From the NCBI GenBank assembly GCA_963676915.2, contig CAXXVK010000010.1:96001-160000 (forward strand): 64,000 bases of DNA. The letters are read 5' to 3'. Under the pieces are notes generated by a model. The model had not been told where the DNA came from. It worked only from the letters and a program-made list of their open reading frames with translations, and made no database searches. How positions within the stretch are numbered: the first letter of the stretch is position 1; each line of letters begins with the position of its first letter. The position numbers and the translations under genes are program-made. The DNA comes from Myxococcota bacterium. Lineage in GTDB: Bacteria > Myxococcota_A > SURF-8 > G963663525. This document shows, piece by piece, positions 31,136 to 40,507 of this stretch.

Positions 31136-33231
31136 TCAGAATCGGGATCATTCTTCTGTTTCTCGTGGGATTTCCCACCTTTGGATATGGTTCCGACGCC
31201 GATCCGTGGCTAAACGCACTCAAACTAAAACCTGATGAAACTATAAATGATTTTACATTTATAGGTGGGGTCGCCCAAGATGGAGAGTTGTTGCTCGACT
31301 TTCGGGATGAAAGAAAAGGGCGCATCCGAATCGCCGTTTGCAACAAGGGGCGTTGTCCCTCCTTCCTCGATGCCGGAAATTTCACCTTGTATTTCAAAGG
31401 TCGGGAGACAACAGAAGCTCTCGAAACCTTGATGCACGACCTGGCCGCTCGCTTCGAACGAGCGTCGCCGCCTTCGATACCAGGCGAGACTCTATCGTCG
31501 GGTGGAGCGAAAAAGGGTGAACTTCCCCCACCGATGTCGCCTTTGATTTCGCCGCTGAAAGGAATCGACGACAACCAGTGGTTTTTCATCGAACGTTCGG
31601 AACTGCTGGTCTCGACGCTGTTTCTCGTCTTCGCCTTCGTTTTTTTCGGCCATCTGGGAAAGAGAATCCAAACCGATGTCGGCCGCCTGGATCGTCGGGT
31701 ACGGTGGATTTTCGTGCTGCTTCTGGTACTTGCCGCCGCCGTACGGTTGTTTGCCCCGTACAAACTGGTCATGGCCTATACCGGTTACCGGTTGATCCAG
31801 AACGCCTGGGAATTGCTGTACTGGAAATACGGGGCCGGTGGAGCGCTGCTGTACCATGTGTTTTTGCAATGGGCGGGACCGGAAGTCGAATCGTATGTTC
31901 TTCTCAATCGTTTGTTGGGATTGGGAACCGTGGCGCTTGCGTCGTTGTGGTTCGCTCGCTATTCTAGACTGAAATGGGCCGCGCCGGTCGCCGCGTTTTT
32001 TCTGGGATTGACACCGATTCTCGTGCTGGATCATGTGACCGAGAGCAATCTCGTTCCCGCCCTGTTTTTCCTTTTCGGAGGTCTGTATTTCTGGGAGCGT
32101 CTGCCGAACGAAACGAATCGCCTGTCGTACCGTGTCGCCGGGTTGGCGTTTTTGCTGGCTGCAACGGTGATTCGTCCTTTGTTCGTCGTGCTGATTCCGT
32201 TGATCTGGGTGATTCTAACGCTTGGACGACCGGATCGCCGCCCTGTTCCTTTGGATCGCAAGCCCTTGAAAATTCTTGTATTAATGGCTTTGGCCGGAGT
32301 TCCCGTACTGCTGCACGTGCTTTGGTTGGCGGGACAGCTTGCCTATGCGGAGCGTTTTGAAACCTGGTCGGGACTTCAAGGCATTGCCTGGACGTTTCGT
32401 GAGTTCATCGGTTCGCGCAGCTTGTTGTACAATCCCTGGATGTTTCCGGCGTCGATCAGTTTTCTGGCCCTGTGCTCGCCGTTCGGACTTCGAGGCCGGT
32501 TGTCGGTCTGGCTGGGACTGGCGCTGGTATCGCTGATGTTTTTCGCAGCCTACATGGTGGATCTCCCCGCCGAGTCACTTACGCGACTTCAAGCCCCTTC
32601 GTTGAGCTTTACCGCGCTGGCGGCGTCGTTGCTGGTTGCGTCGCTCGTGGAAAGATACGGCGAACATCTTCCCGTTAGAGTGCTTGTTATGCTTGGGATC
32701 GTGGGGGCTTTATTCGGTGCGCAATCGTATGTAACAATTGGAAATCTTTGGGAAAACAACAACCAGAATCACGAAGAACGAGCCTTGAAGCGCGTGGCGT
32801 TTTCCCTGCCGGATCGTCCCGTGGCGCTTGTCGTGATGCGCGGTGATACGCCACGGCCCCAAAGCGTCCCCATCGAATACCCCGACCTTCGCTTTCTGCC
32901 ACCGAACCGTCAGACAACCTTGCTTTCCATCGATGATTTCACCCAAAGGTTCAGTGAAGGCGAGACGTTTGAGGAAGTCTATTTTTACCTTGGAATGCGT
33001 TGTTATACCTTCGCTTCGAAAGAGCCGCCCGCGTCGCTACAAAACTACATTCATCCGGCCTGTAGCGGGTTGTTGAACCGTTTCGATACGGAAAAACTAT
33101 GGAGCGAAGATGTCCGCAACCTTTCCACACCGGGAGGATACATCGGATATCCCGAGAAAGAATATTTGGAATTGGCGCTCTACCGCGTCAAAGGGTGGCG
33201 AAACGCTAACAACAATCTCGGTAATGAGTAG
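31132..33231 (+). CDS. Multi-TM GT-C-like membrane protein with N-terminal exported domain
   Basis: ATGA overlap with upstream gene; about 11 TM; FLGLTP and IRP motifs; soluble C-terminal domain. Confidence 0.6.
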   Translation: MIRIGIILLFLVGFPTFGYGSDADPWLNALKLKPDETINDFTFIGGVAQDGELLLDFRDERKGRIRIAVCNKGRCPSFLDAGNFTLYFKGRETTEALETLMHDLAARFERASPPSIPGETLSSGGAKKGELPPPMSPLISPLKGIDDNQWFFIERSELLVSTLFLVFAFVFFGHLGKRIQTDVGRLDRRVRWIFVLLLVLAAAVRLFAPYKLVMAYTGYRLIQNAWELLYWKYGAGGALLYHVFLQWAGPEVESYVLLNRLLGLGTVALASLWFARYSRLKWAAPVAAFFLGLTPILVLDHVTESNLVPALFFLFGGLYFWERLPNETNRLSYRVAGLAFLLAATVIRPLFVVLIPLIWVILTLGRPDRRPVPLDRKPLKILVLMALAGVPVLLHVLWLAGQLAYAERFETWSGLQGIAWTFREFIGSRSLLYNPWMFPASISFLALCSPFGLRGRLSVWLGLALVSLMFFAAYMVDLPAESLTRLQAPSLSFTALAASLLVASLVERYGEHLPVRVLVMLGIVGALFGAQSYVTIGNLWENNNQNHEERALKRVAFSLPDRPVALVVMRGDTPRPQSVPIEYPDLRFLPPNRQTTLLSIDDFTQRFSEGETFEEVYFYLGMRCYTFASKEPPASLQNYIHPACSGLLNRFDTEKLWSEDVRNLSTPGGYIGYPEKEYLELALYRVKGWRNANNNLGNE

Positions 33232-33234
33232 AGT

Positions 33235-34755
33235 ATGGAGAGATTGTTCTTGAAAAACAAGCGGTTGGTGGTTTTCCTGCTCGGTTTTGCCGTGTTGTTT
33301 GCAGGAGCGTGGCTGCGTCTGTACGATCTCGGGGAACGTCCGTTGGACAACAACGAGAGCGGCCTGATGCGCTCGAATATTGAAGAAGTGTTTTCGAGCC
33401 ACGAAATCCACCGGCATCCGCCTTTGTACCATGTACTGCACCTCGTTCCTTCGGCTCTGAGCCACGATCCAGCGGCGATTCGTTCGCTATCGGCTACGTT
33501 CGGGTTGTTGTCCGTGTTGCTGTTGATGGGGTATCTCACTCGTCGTTCCGGCTGGGTGGCGGGTCTGGCCGCCGGTACGTTTCTCGCTTTCCATCCCTTG
33601 GCGATTTTGTCCTCCCAAACCCATTCGACCTACTCGATGATGCTGTTTTTAAGTCTTGGTGCCTCCATTGTGTGGCTCGACCGAAACAAGCACCGTCGAA
33701 CAGGTTACACGTATATCGTGTGGCGTACGCTAAGTTTGTTGACCGAGTACCTGCTTGTTTTTCACTGGGCAGCGGATGCGGTGCAAGCTGCCGTCATGAA
33801 ACGGGAAAAACGGAACCGCCTGGATTTCATTCGACTTTTCGTGCCGATACTGCTGGTGGCTCCGTTGGCGCTTTGGGCGGTTTCACAAGGTGGTGGTGTG
33901 GCCGTCGAGGAATACCTGAACGGTCCCGTTCGGGAGTCGTTGAGCGATTCCCTGCACTTTTTGCTGTTGTTTTTCGGTGGATACGACTGGCCCGCCTGTC
34001 TCGTGCTTGCGGCTATCGTGATCTGGACAGCTTCCGAGTGGCTTAAAGATAGGATGTTCCGGTATTTACTGGTGCTTTTCGTATTTTCCGTACTCGGAGT
34101 ATTTTTGGCGGCATTGGTGCTTCAGGTGGATGAACGCCACGCCACGTTGTATCTCGGAGCGGGAGCCTGGATCGTTGGTCTAGTGGTTCAAATGGTCTGG
34201 CGAAAAGGGAAGGGTGGGAAAATTCTCGTGGCGGCGTATATGCTCCTTTTCGTGGTGTCCAGCCTGACCGGTGAGACGCTGCACGACCGGGACGACCGGT
34301 TGGTGGTCAATACCTGGCGCGAACGTCTCGACGACGTGGCTCGGACTCTTCCCGATGACCGGCCGATCCTCGCCTGGCCCGCGCTAAGTTTCAATCGCAT
34401 CCTGAATACCATCGAAAAGGGACGATTGCGCCCGGAAGGCGATACGAAAAACTGCCCGGATGCATCCGATGTCCACTGCCGCGTTCGGGGTGGGCAGATG
34501 CTGATTTTCATTCCCGGCGACCGCTCGCCCGAACCGGAACTTACGTGGCTTCAAGCGCGTGAAACCTTCGTATTCCTGGATCTTTACAGGGTTTTCGATC
34601 CAGGACAGAAGTTGGCGAAGTACCGCGAGCACCCGGACTGGCCGCTGGTCGATGCCATGGCCTGGGACTTTGATCTGTCTAGCGTGTTGACTCCTTTGGG
34701 TTGCCGGAAACGTCCCGACGGCGTCGTATGGGATTGTCCGAAACAGGATCAATGA
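33235..34755 (+). CDS. GT39/PMT-like (GT-C) membrane glycosyltransferase
   Basis: LRLYDLG...DNNE, HPPLY, RSLSATFG, AFHP...SQ...Y pattern. Confidence 0.75.
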   Translation: MERLFLKNKRLVVFLLGFAVLFAGAWLRLYDLGERPLDNNESGLMRSNIEEVFSSHEIHRHPPLYHVLHLVPSALSHDPAAIRSLSATFGLLSVLLLMGYLTRRSGWVAGLAAGTFLAFHPLAILSSQTHSTYSMMLFLSLGASIVWLDRNKHRRTGYTYIVWRTLSLLTEYLLVFHWAADAVQAAVMKREKRNRLDFIRLFVPILLVAPLALWAVSQGGGVAVEEYLNGPVRESLSDSLHFLLLFFGGYDWPACLVLAAIVIWTASEWLKDRMFRYLLVLFVFSVLGVFLAALVLQVDERHATLYLGAGAWIVGLVVQMVWRKGKGGKILVAAYMLLFVVSSLTGETLHDRDDRLVVNTWRERLDDVARTLPDDRPILAWPALSFNRILNTIEKGRLRPEGDTKNCPDASDVHCRVRGGQMLIFIPGDRSPEPELTWLQARETFVFLDLYRVFDPGQKLAKYREHPDWPLVDAMAWDFDLSSVLTPLGCRKRPDGVVWDCPKQDQ

Positions 34756-34848
34756 CGTTGGTGTTGTTTCGATGTAAATGTATGCAGTGCTGCCTCGAAT
34801 GTCTCTGACTCAATGCTTTTGACTTAAGTGAAACGACTGTTTTCTTGT

Positions 34849-34943
34849 GGGTGGCACGGTCTTTGCCCGAAGGGCAATGGCCGTGAGATTCCAAGTACTT
34901 GCTGCACGGCCATCGATTCTTCGAATCGAAGACCGTGCCACCC
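34849..34943. repeat. Inverted REP-like doublet, GGGTGGCACGG family
   Basis: 34849-34885 and inverted 34905-34943 share GGGTGGCACGGTCTT...ATGGCCGTG. Confidence 0.8.
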
Positions 34944-35193
34944 TTCGTTTTCATGGATATCTATCGCTAAAACCAACGGGTACTTGTCATATTGCGAGCC
35001 ATCGAAGACCTCTCCATTTCTCCGTAAAATCGAAAGAAAATGCGAAAAATAGGGAATTATACTGCACGCATGGTAAGAAAACGGTACAATGCGTTTCCGA
35101 AAAGGGCTGTTTCCCCAATGTTTTTATAGTTTTGAATGAATTCGGCTATCGTTATTTTTTTCGGTGGCCACGATCTCAACGCAAGGAGGAATG

Positions 35194-36693
35194 ATGCAGG
35201 TTACGTTTAAAAAAGGAAACCCGATGACCGCCAAAGCGGACGTGCTGGTACTGCCGGTTTACGAAGAAACCTGGGAAAAAGATCCCCTACTGCTGGAAGC
35301 GGACAGCGCTTTGGATGGGCAATTGTTACCTGCACTGAAAACTCGTGAATTCAAGGGTACTGCGGATAGTCGGGCGGCCTTCGATACCTGGGGCAAGCTG
35401 GCTGCGGGGAAACTCGTGGTGGCAGGTGTCGGCAAGAGTGACGAACAGACCGCCGACAGCCTTTGGACGTTTGCCTCCAACGCCATTTCCAAACTGCATT
35501 CCAAAGGCATGAAAGCTGCCGTGCTGGCGTACACGTTTACGGAAGACGATCCGAAGAAAACCCTGGAATTGCTGGCCACCGGACTTTTAACGGGTAGCTA
35601 CAGTTTCACGAAGTATAAAAAAGACGATAAAAAATCAGGTTTTACGAAACTTTCCATCGTTGCACCGAAAGAAAATTTCAAGGGCAGCGGCAAAGAAGCG
35701 CTGGAAAAAGGATTGGCTCTGGGCGAAGCGATCAACTTCAGCCGGACGTTGGTCAATACTCCGACCGAGGATATGAACCCCAGTCATCTTGCCAAAGAAG
35801 CAAAAGGTCTGGTCGCCAAAGGCGAGAAGGATCTGAAAGTACAGGTACGTTCCGAGGCCGAGATTAAAAAGCTGAATATGAATCTCTACTTGGCCGTGGC
35901 TCGTACCGCTGCCAACCCGCCGAAGCTGATCACCCTGGAGTGGAAACCCAAAGGAACCGCTCGGCAGAAACCGCTCGTCGTGGTTGGAAAAGGTCTGATG
36001 TACGATACCGGCGGATTGTCGCTGAAACCTTCCACAAGCATGGATACGATGAAATGCGACATGGGTGGATCGGCGGCCGTGCTGGGATTGTTCCATTTTC
36101 TCGCCAAGGTGCGTCCGAATCGTCGGGTAGTCGGTGTGATTGCGGCTTGCGAAAACTCCATCGGTGGCAAAAGCTACCGTCCCGGCGATGTTTTCACCTC
36201 GCGGCGCGGAATCAGTGTGGAAGTCCTCAATACCGACGCCGAAGGTCGCCTGACCCTGGCCGATGCCCTCGATTTCGCGCAAACGCAATACAAACCGGCC
36301 CAGATGATCGACCTCGCCACCCTGACCGGCGCTTGTGTCGTGGCTTTGGGTGAAAGCACGGTCGGGTTGATGTCCAACGACAAGGAATTCTCCCGCAATA
36401 TTGAGGATATGGCTGAAAAAGCGGGGGAAGATTTCTGGCCGTTGCCGCTCAATCCCAAGTATGAAAAGCTGATCAAATCCGACTTTGCGGACATCAAGAA
36501 CATCGGTGGACGCTGGGGCGGTGCTTTAACGGCGGGATTGTTCCTGCAACGTTTCGTGGATGACGACCTGCCCTGGGCGCATCTCGATATTGCCGGTCCG
36601 GCCTATACGGGCGCGCCTGTCGGGCATTTAAGCAAGTATGCCACCGGTGTTGGTGTCGCGACGCTGGCCGAGTGGGTGTTGAATGGCAAATAA
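35194..36693 (+). CDS. pepA: Leucyl aminopeptidase (M17)
   Basis: VGKGLMYDTGG, MKCDMGG, NTDAEGRL, ATLTGA, WAHLDIAG. Confidence 0.97.
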   Translation: MQVTFKKGNPMTAKADVLVLPVYEETWEKDPLLLEADSALDGQLLPALKTREFKGTADSRAAFDTWGKLAAGKLVVAGVGKSDEQTADSLWTFASNAISKLHSKGMKAAVLAYTFTEDDPKKTLELLATGLLTGSYSFTKYKKDDKKSGFTKLSIVAPKENFKGSGKEALEKGLALGEAINFSRTLVNTPTEDMNPSHLAKEAKGLVAKGEKDLKVQVRSEAEIKKLNMNLYLAVARTAANPPKLITLEWKPKGTARQKPLVVVGKGLMYDTGGLSLKPSTSMDTMKCDMGGSAAVLGLFHFLAKVRPNRRVVGVIAACENSIGGKSYRPGDVFTSRRGISVEVLNTDAEGRLTLADALDFAQTQYKPAQMIDLATLTGACVVALGESTVGLMSNDKEFSRNIEDMAEKAGEDFWPLPLNPKYEKLIKSDFADIKNIGGRWGGALTAGLFLQRFVDDDLPWAHLDIAGPAYTGAPVGHLSKYATGVGVATLAEWVLNGK

Positions 36694-36800
36694 ACCGGTT
36701 CGATGTTGAAAATAGGTTGACTCGAAACCGTTGAGTCGACGCGGTTTCTCGGATTTTTCGGGAAACCGCGTCCTCCTTTTCCAGAGACTGAGGAAAAACG

Positions 36801-38024
36801 ATGCTTCCTCTGGCCTTGCATTCCGGCGCTTCCATCGGGCTGATCGCTCCTTCCGGTCCGTTTGACCGAAACGTTTTCGAACGCGGTCTGACGACTCTGG
36901 AATCCTGGGGATTCACCCCCGTATACGACGAAGGATTCTTCGAACGGGACGGTTACCTTGCCGGTGACGACGACCGCCGCCTGGACGAGTTGCATCGCCA
37001 GTTGGATAACGACACCTGTGCTCTGCTTGCCGTTCGGGGCGGCTACGGGGTACATCGGTTGCTGAGTCGCCTCGACCCGGAACGGGTGAAACGCTCCGAA
37101 AAACTGTTGATGGGTTTCTCCGATATCAGCGGTTTGCACCTGGCCTGGCGTCGTTTCGGAGGCCCGAGCAGTCTGCACGGTCCCAACCTTACCGGACTGG
37201 CGAACCTGAATGAAAACCTGGTGAAACGCTGGCTCGGGCTGGTGTCCGGCGTTCAGACGGCGGGCGACCTGCACGATTCGCCATTAATGGTATTGCGCGG
37301 AGGTCGTGCCGAGGGACCGTTGTTGCCGACGAATCTTTGCCTGTTGTCCACCTTGATGGGCACCGGTTTCCTGCCCGAATTCGATGGGGTGATTCTTGCC
37401 CTGGAGGATGTGGGAGAAGCCTTGTATCGTATCGATCGGATGCTGCACCAACTGGCTTTAGCCGGGGTGTTCTCTCGCGTGGCTGGGGTGATTCTGGGAC
37501 AGTTTACGCCTCCGGGAGAAGTCGACGTTGCCCAACGTGCCGACTTCGAACGAGCGGTGGCCGAGATCGTTCTCGATGTGACGAAAAACGCTCGCGTACC
37601 TGTTTTTGGAGGATTTCCGTTCGGACACGAAGCGAACAACCACCCTCTGCCGGTGGGTGTCCCCTGCGCGATAAACGATTCCACCTGCCGCCTGACCCTC
37701 TTGTCCCCCCCTGGTGCGGCGTTGAAAATCGGTGGGACAAAATTTCGGGAATCTGAAGGCGACGACAAAAAATCAAAAACTCGTTTCTTACGTGTTAACG
37801 GGGTGTTAGAGACCCCCAAAAAAACCGCGAAAAAAAGCGCCACAATAAAGTACAACAGCAAACCATTTTGCAATACGTCATTTGTTCCGTTTTCTGTCGA
37901 AATGCATTTTCTGCAACTGCCCGAAGTGCATCGCTTTTTAAGAAATCGTTATATAAGCTGGCGCGATGCGTTAATCTATTCACTATATATTTTGAATAGA
38001 TCTTTTTCCTTTTATACCCCATGA
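36801..38024 (+). CDS. ldcA: LD-carboxypeptidase (S66); natural end probably near 37725, extended by a C7 tract
   Basis: IAPSG, RGGYG, GFSDIS, LEDVGE...IDRML, FGH; tail after about aa 305 looks non-coding. Confidence 0.88.
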   Translation: MLPLALHSGASIGLIAPSGPFDRNVFERGLTTLESWGFTPVYDEGFFERDGYLAGDDDRRLDELHRQLDNDTCALLAVRGGYGVHRLLSRLDPERVKRSEKLLMGFSDISGLHLAWRRFGGPSSLHGPNLTGLANLNENLVKRWLGLVSGVQTAGDLHDSPLMVLRGGRAEGPLLPTNLCLLSTLMGTGFLPEFDGVILALEDVGEALYRIDRMLHQLALAGVFSRVAGVILGQFTPPGEVDVAQRADFERAVAEIVLDVTKNARVPVFGGFPFGHEANNHPLPVGVPCAINDSTCRLTLLSPPGAALKIGGTKFRESEGDDKKSKTRFLRVNGVLETPKKTAKKSATIKYNSKPFCNTSFVPFSVEMHFLQLPEVHRFLRNRYISWRDALIYSLYILNRSFSFYTP

Positions 38025-38260
38025 TGAACTCCCGAGAGTGATTTGGCGCGAGTTTGCAGGATTTGAAATCGATTTTCCCCTTATGGTGCAAGGACATCCG
38101 AGTTTTAACAAAAAAACACTTGTTTCGTTTTCCCACTATTGATACGGTCTCAAGCACTACGGGCTATTACTGGCACCTGATTGAAGATGCATCGGGGGCT
38201 GCGACGGCGAAAAGAAGTCAAGCGGCGCGTGGAGAGGCCGCTCGAATTTGAGGCACCGGT

Positions 38261-39595
38261 ATGTATAAAGAGTGGGAAAAAACACTAGACAGTTTACAGC
38301 AAAAGACGGACCCACAACATTTTGAAGTTTGGTTCAAGTCTTTGAAGGTGAAGTCGAGGGATCAATCGTCGGTGACGTTGTCTGTCCCGAACCGTTTCAT
38401 GAAAGACTGGTTGAGCAAGAATTATCTGGATATCCTTGAAGACGAGGTTTCCAAGCAGGCCGGAAAAACCATGCAAGTCAAGCTGGTTTCACGTCCCGCT
38501 GAAAAGAAAGAAACACAGACCCCGAAGGTTTTCCACAAAACCTTGCATCGTCAAGAGATCGAAGCCCCTTCTTCTCACCATTTCAATGCAAAATTCACTT
38601 TCGACGATTTCGTGGTCGGAAAAACCAACGAGTTTGCGCACGCCGCCTGCAAGGCTGTGGCCCGTGCTCCGGGCGACGCTTACAATCCGTTGACGCTTTA
38701 CGGCGGCACAGGCTTGGGAAAAACCCACCTGCTCCACGCCATCGGCCACGAGTTGAAAAAGAACTATCCGGGACTGAAGGTCGTGTACCTCAGCAGCGAA
38801 ACGTTCATGAATCAACTCATCGCTTCCATTGCCGGAAGCAAAATGGAGGATTTCCGTCGCCGCTACCGGGAACGATGCGATGTGTTGTTGGTGGACGACG
38901 TGCAGTTCATCGCCGGAAAGACCTCGACCCAGGAAGAATTTTTCCATACGTTTAATGCCCTGCACCAGTTAGGCAAGCAGGTTGTCGTGACCACCGATCA
39001 GTTTCCGCAGGAGTTGAAGAACCTCGACGAGCGCATCCGAAGCCGCCTGGTGTCCGGGCTGACTGCCGATATCAAGGAGCCGGACATGGAAACCCGAGCC
39101 GCGATTTTGAAGCGAAAGGCCGAATCCAGCGCAATCGACATTCCCGACGATGTGGTGGATTTTCTCGCCAAAAACGTACGCAACAACGTACGCGAACTCG
39201 AAGGTTGCCTGTTGCGGCTGAGAGCGAAGAGTTCGTTCAATCACTGTCCGATAACATTGGCGCTGGCCAAGGACACGCTGAAAAATTTCATGAACGTTTC
39301 TTCCGGCGTGATTACCCCCGAGCGCATTTTCACCATCGTCAGCCGCTACTACGAAATCAATCCTTCGCAGTTGAAATCCCGCAGCCGGGCACGCAATGTC
39401 GTGCTGCCTCGTCAGGTTGCCATGTACCTGATGAAAAAACACACCGACCTCGTGCTTTCCGGGATCGGCAAGGAATTCGGCGGCAAGGACCACACCACCG
39501 TGATGGCGTCGATTCGCAAAATCGAGAAATCGATCATGGAGGACAAAACCCTGCGAGACTCCATCGAAACGTTGGAAAAGCAACTGCTGGACTGA
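38261..39595 (+). CDS. dnaA: Chromosomal replication initiator DnaA
   Basis: Domain I W...WF, YNPL-GGTGLGKTHLL, LVDDVQF, NVRELEG, GGKDHTTV. Confidence 0.98.
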   Translation: MYKEWEKTLDSLQQKTDPQHFEVWFKSLKVKSRDQSSVTLSVPNRFMKDWLSKNYLDILEDEVSKQAGKTMQVKLVSRPAEKKETQTPKVFHKTLHRQEIEAPSSHHFNAKFTFDDFVVGKTNEFAHAACKAVARAPGDAYNPLTLYGGTGLGKTHLLHAIGHELKKNYPGLKVVYLSSETFMNQLIASIAGSKMEDFRRRYRERCDVLLVDDVQFIAGKTSTQEEFFHTFNALHQLGKQVVVTTDQFPQELKNLDERIRSRLVSGLTADIKEPDMETRAAILKRKAESSAIDIPDDVVDFLAKNVRNNVRELEGCLLRLRAKSSFNHCPITLALAKDTLKNFMNVSSGVITPERIFTIVSRYYEINPSQLKSRSRARNVVLPRQVAMYLMKKHTDLVLSGIGKEFGGKDHTTVMASIRKIEKSIMEDKTLRDSIETLEKQLLD

Positions 39596-39629
39596 GTTTT
39601 AAAACTTAGAAAAAACGGAACAAATAAAC

Positions 39630-39676
39630 AAAGGATGGGTCACCCCCCATCCTTTTGCTCGTTTTGAAGCGAAAGC
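39630..39676. terminator. Terminator, direct-repeat copy A
   Basis: AAAGGATGGG...CCCATCCTTT; near-duplicate at 40435-40482. Confidence 0.75.
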
Positions 39677-39678
39677 GC

Positions 39679-40392
39679 TCAATTTGTACCTGTATAGATT
39701 TGCTTCACCGAGGATATCAGTTCTACGCCATCCATTTCTCGAAAAGAAGCGATTGCTTCTTTCAAATCGTCCGAATCGGAAGCTCCAAGCGCGTTTTCCA
39801 GAACTGAAACACGATAATTTCTATTTTTCGCTCCTTTGATGGTCCAGTAGACGCATTGATCGGCAAAGACACCCAGCACAATCAGGTGATTTATTTGTTG
39901 TTGCTGTAGGTACGTTTCGAAGGCTTTGTTTGTAAAGGCATCTGGAGCACTTTTCTGGAAAACCGGTGCATTCTCCGCTTTCAGGCGATTGTCGATTTTC
40001 GCCCCCGAAGTTCCGGAAATTGCCGCATCATTTCGAAACCAGTTGCCGATACTATCGGAAGGATCGAACGCGTTGGCGATAAGAATGATCGGCAGACCTT
40101 GGGTTCTCGCCTCAGCAATGGCATTGTTTGTCTTGTCAATCAGCGGAGTTATTTGTTTTGCGGCGATTGGCATGCGTCCATTCTTGTGGAGAAAATCCTG
40201 TTGCATATCCATTATGAGGAGCGCCGTTTGAGGGTTTTCATAGAAAGGAATCGGATCGCCCGAAGTGTCAAAACAACCAACAATCAACAGCAGAACACTG
40301 AGAATCGAGATTCGAAACCAAGCCTTGATATCAACGAGGCGAATTTTCTCATGTTTGAGTTTGCGACCGTAATAGTTGGCTTGTGGCTTCAT
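39679..40392 (-). CDS. Isochorismatase-family cysteine hydrolase with putative lipobox
   Basis: MDMQQDF, K...AF, ADQCV triad; LLIVGC; start uncertain. Confidence 0.85.
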   Translation of the reverse strand: MKPQANYYGRKLKHEKIRLVDIKAWFRISILSVLLLIVGCFDTSGDPIPFYENPQTALLIMDMQQDFLHKNGRMPIAAKQITPLIDKTNNAIAEARTQGLPIILIANAFDPSDSIGNWFRNDAAISGTSGAKIDNRLKAENAPVFQKSAPDAFTNKAFETYLQQQQINHLIVLGVFADQCVYWTIKGAKNRNYRVSVLENALGASDSDDLKEAIASFREMDGVELISSVKQIYTGTN

Positions 40393-40434
40393 CGAATCCT
40401 CTTGTTTTTCGGGGTTGAAAGTCTTAAAACAAAA

Positions 40435-40482
40435 AAAGGATGGGTTAAAAACCCATCCTTTCGTTCGCTTTGAAGCAAAAGC
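40435..40482 (-). terminator. Terminator of the RRM gene, direct-repeat copy B
   Basis: AAAGGATGGGTT-AAA-AACCCATCCTTT; T-run on minus strand. Confidence 0.8.
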
Positions 40483-40507
40483 TACAACCGGAACGGTTGT
40501 GCTTTCG

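Noticed and set aside
37726-38260. oriC call upstream of dnaA
   Set aside because: AT-rich, but no perfect DnaA boxes found by eye; left as an open question
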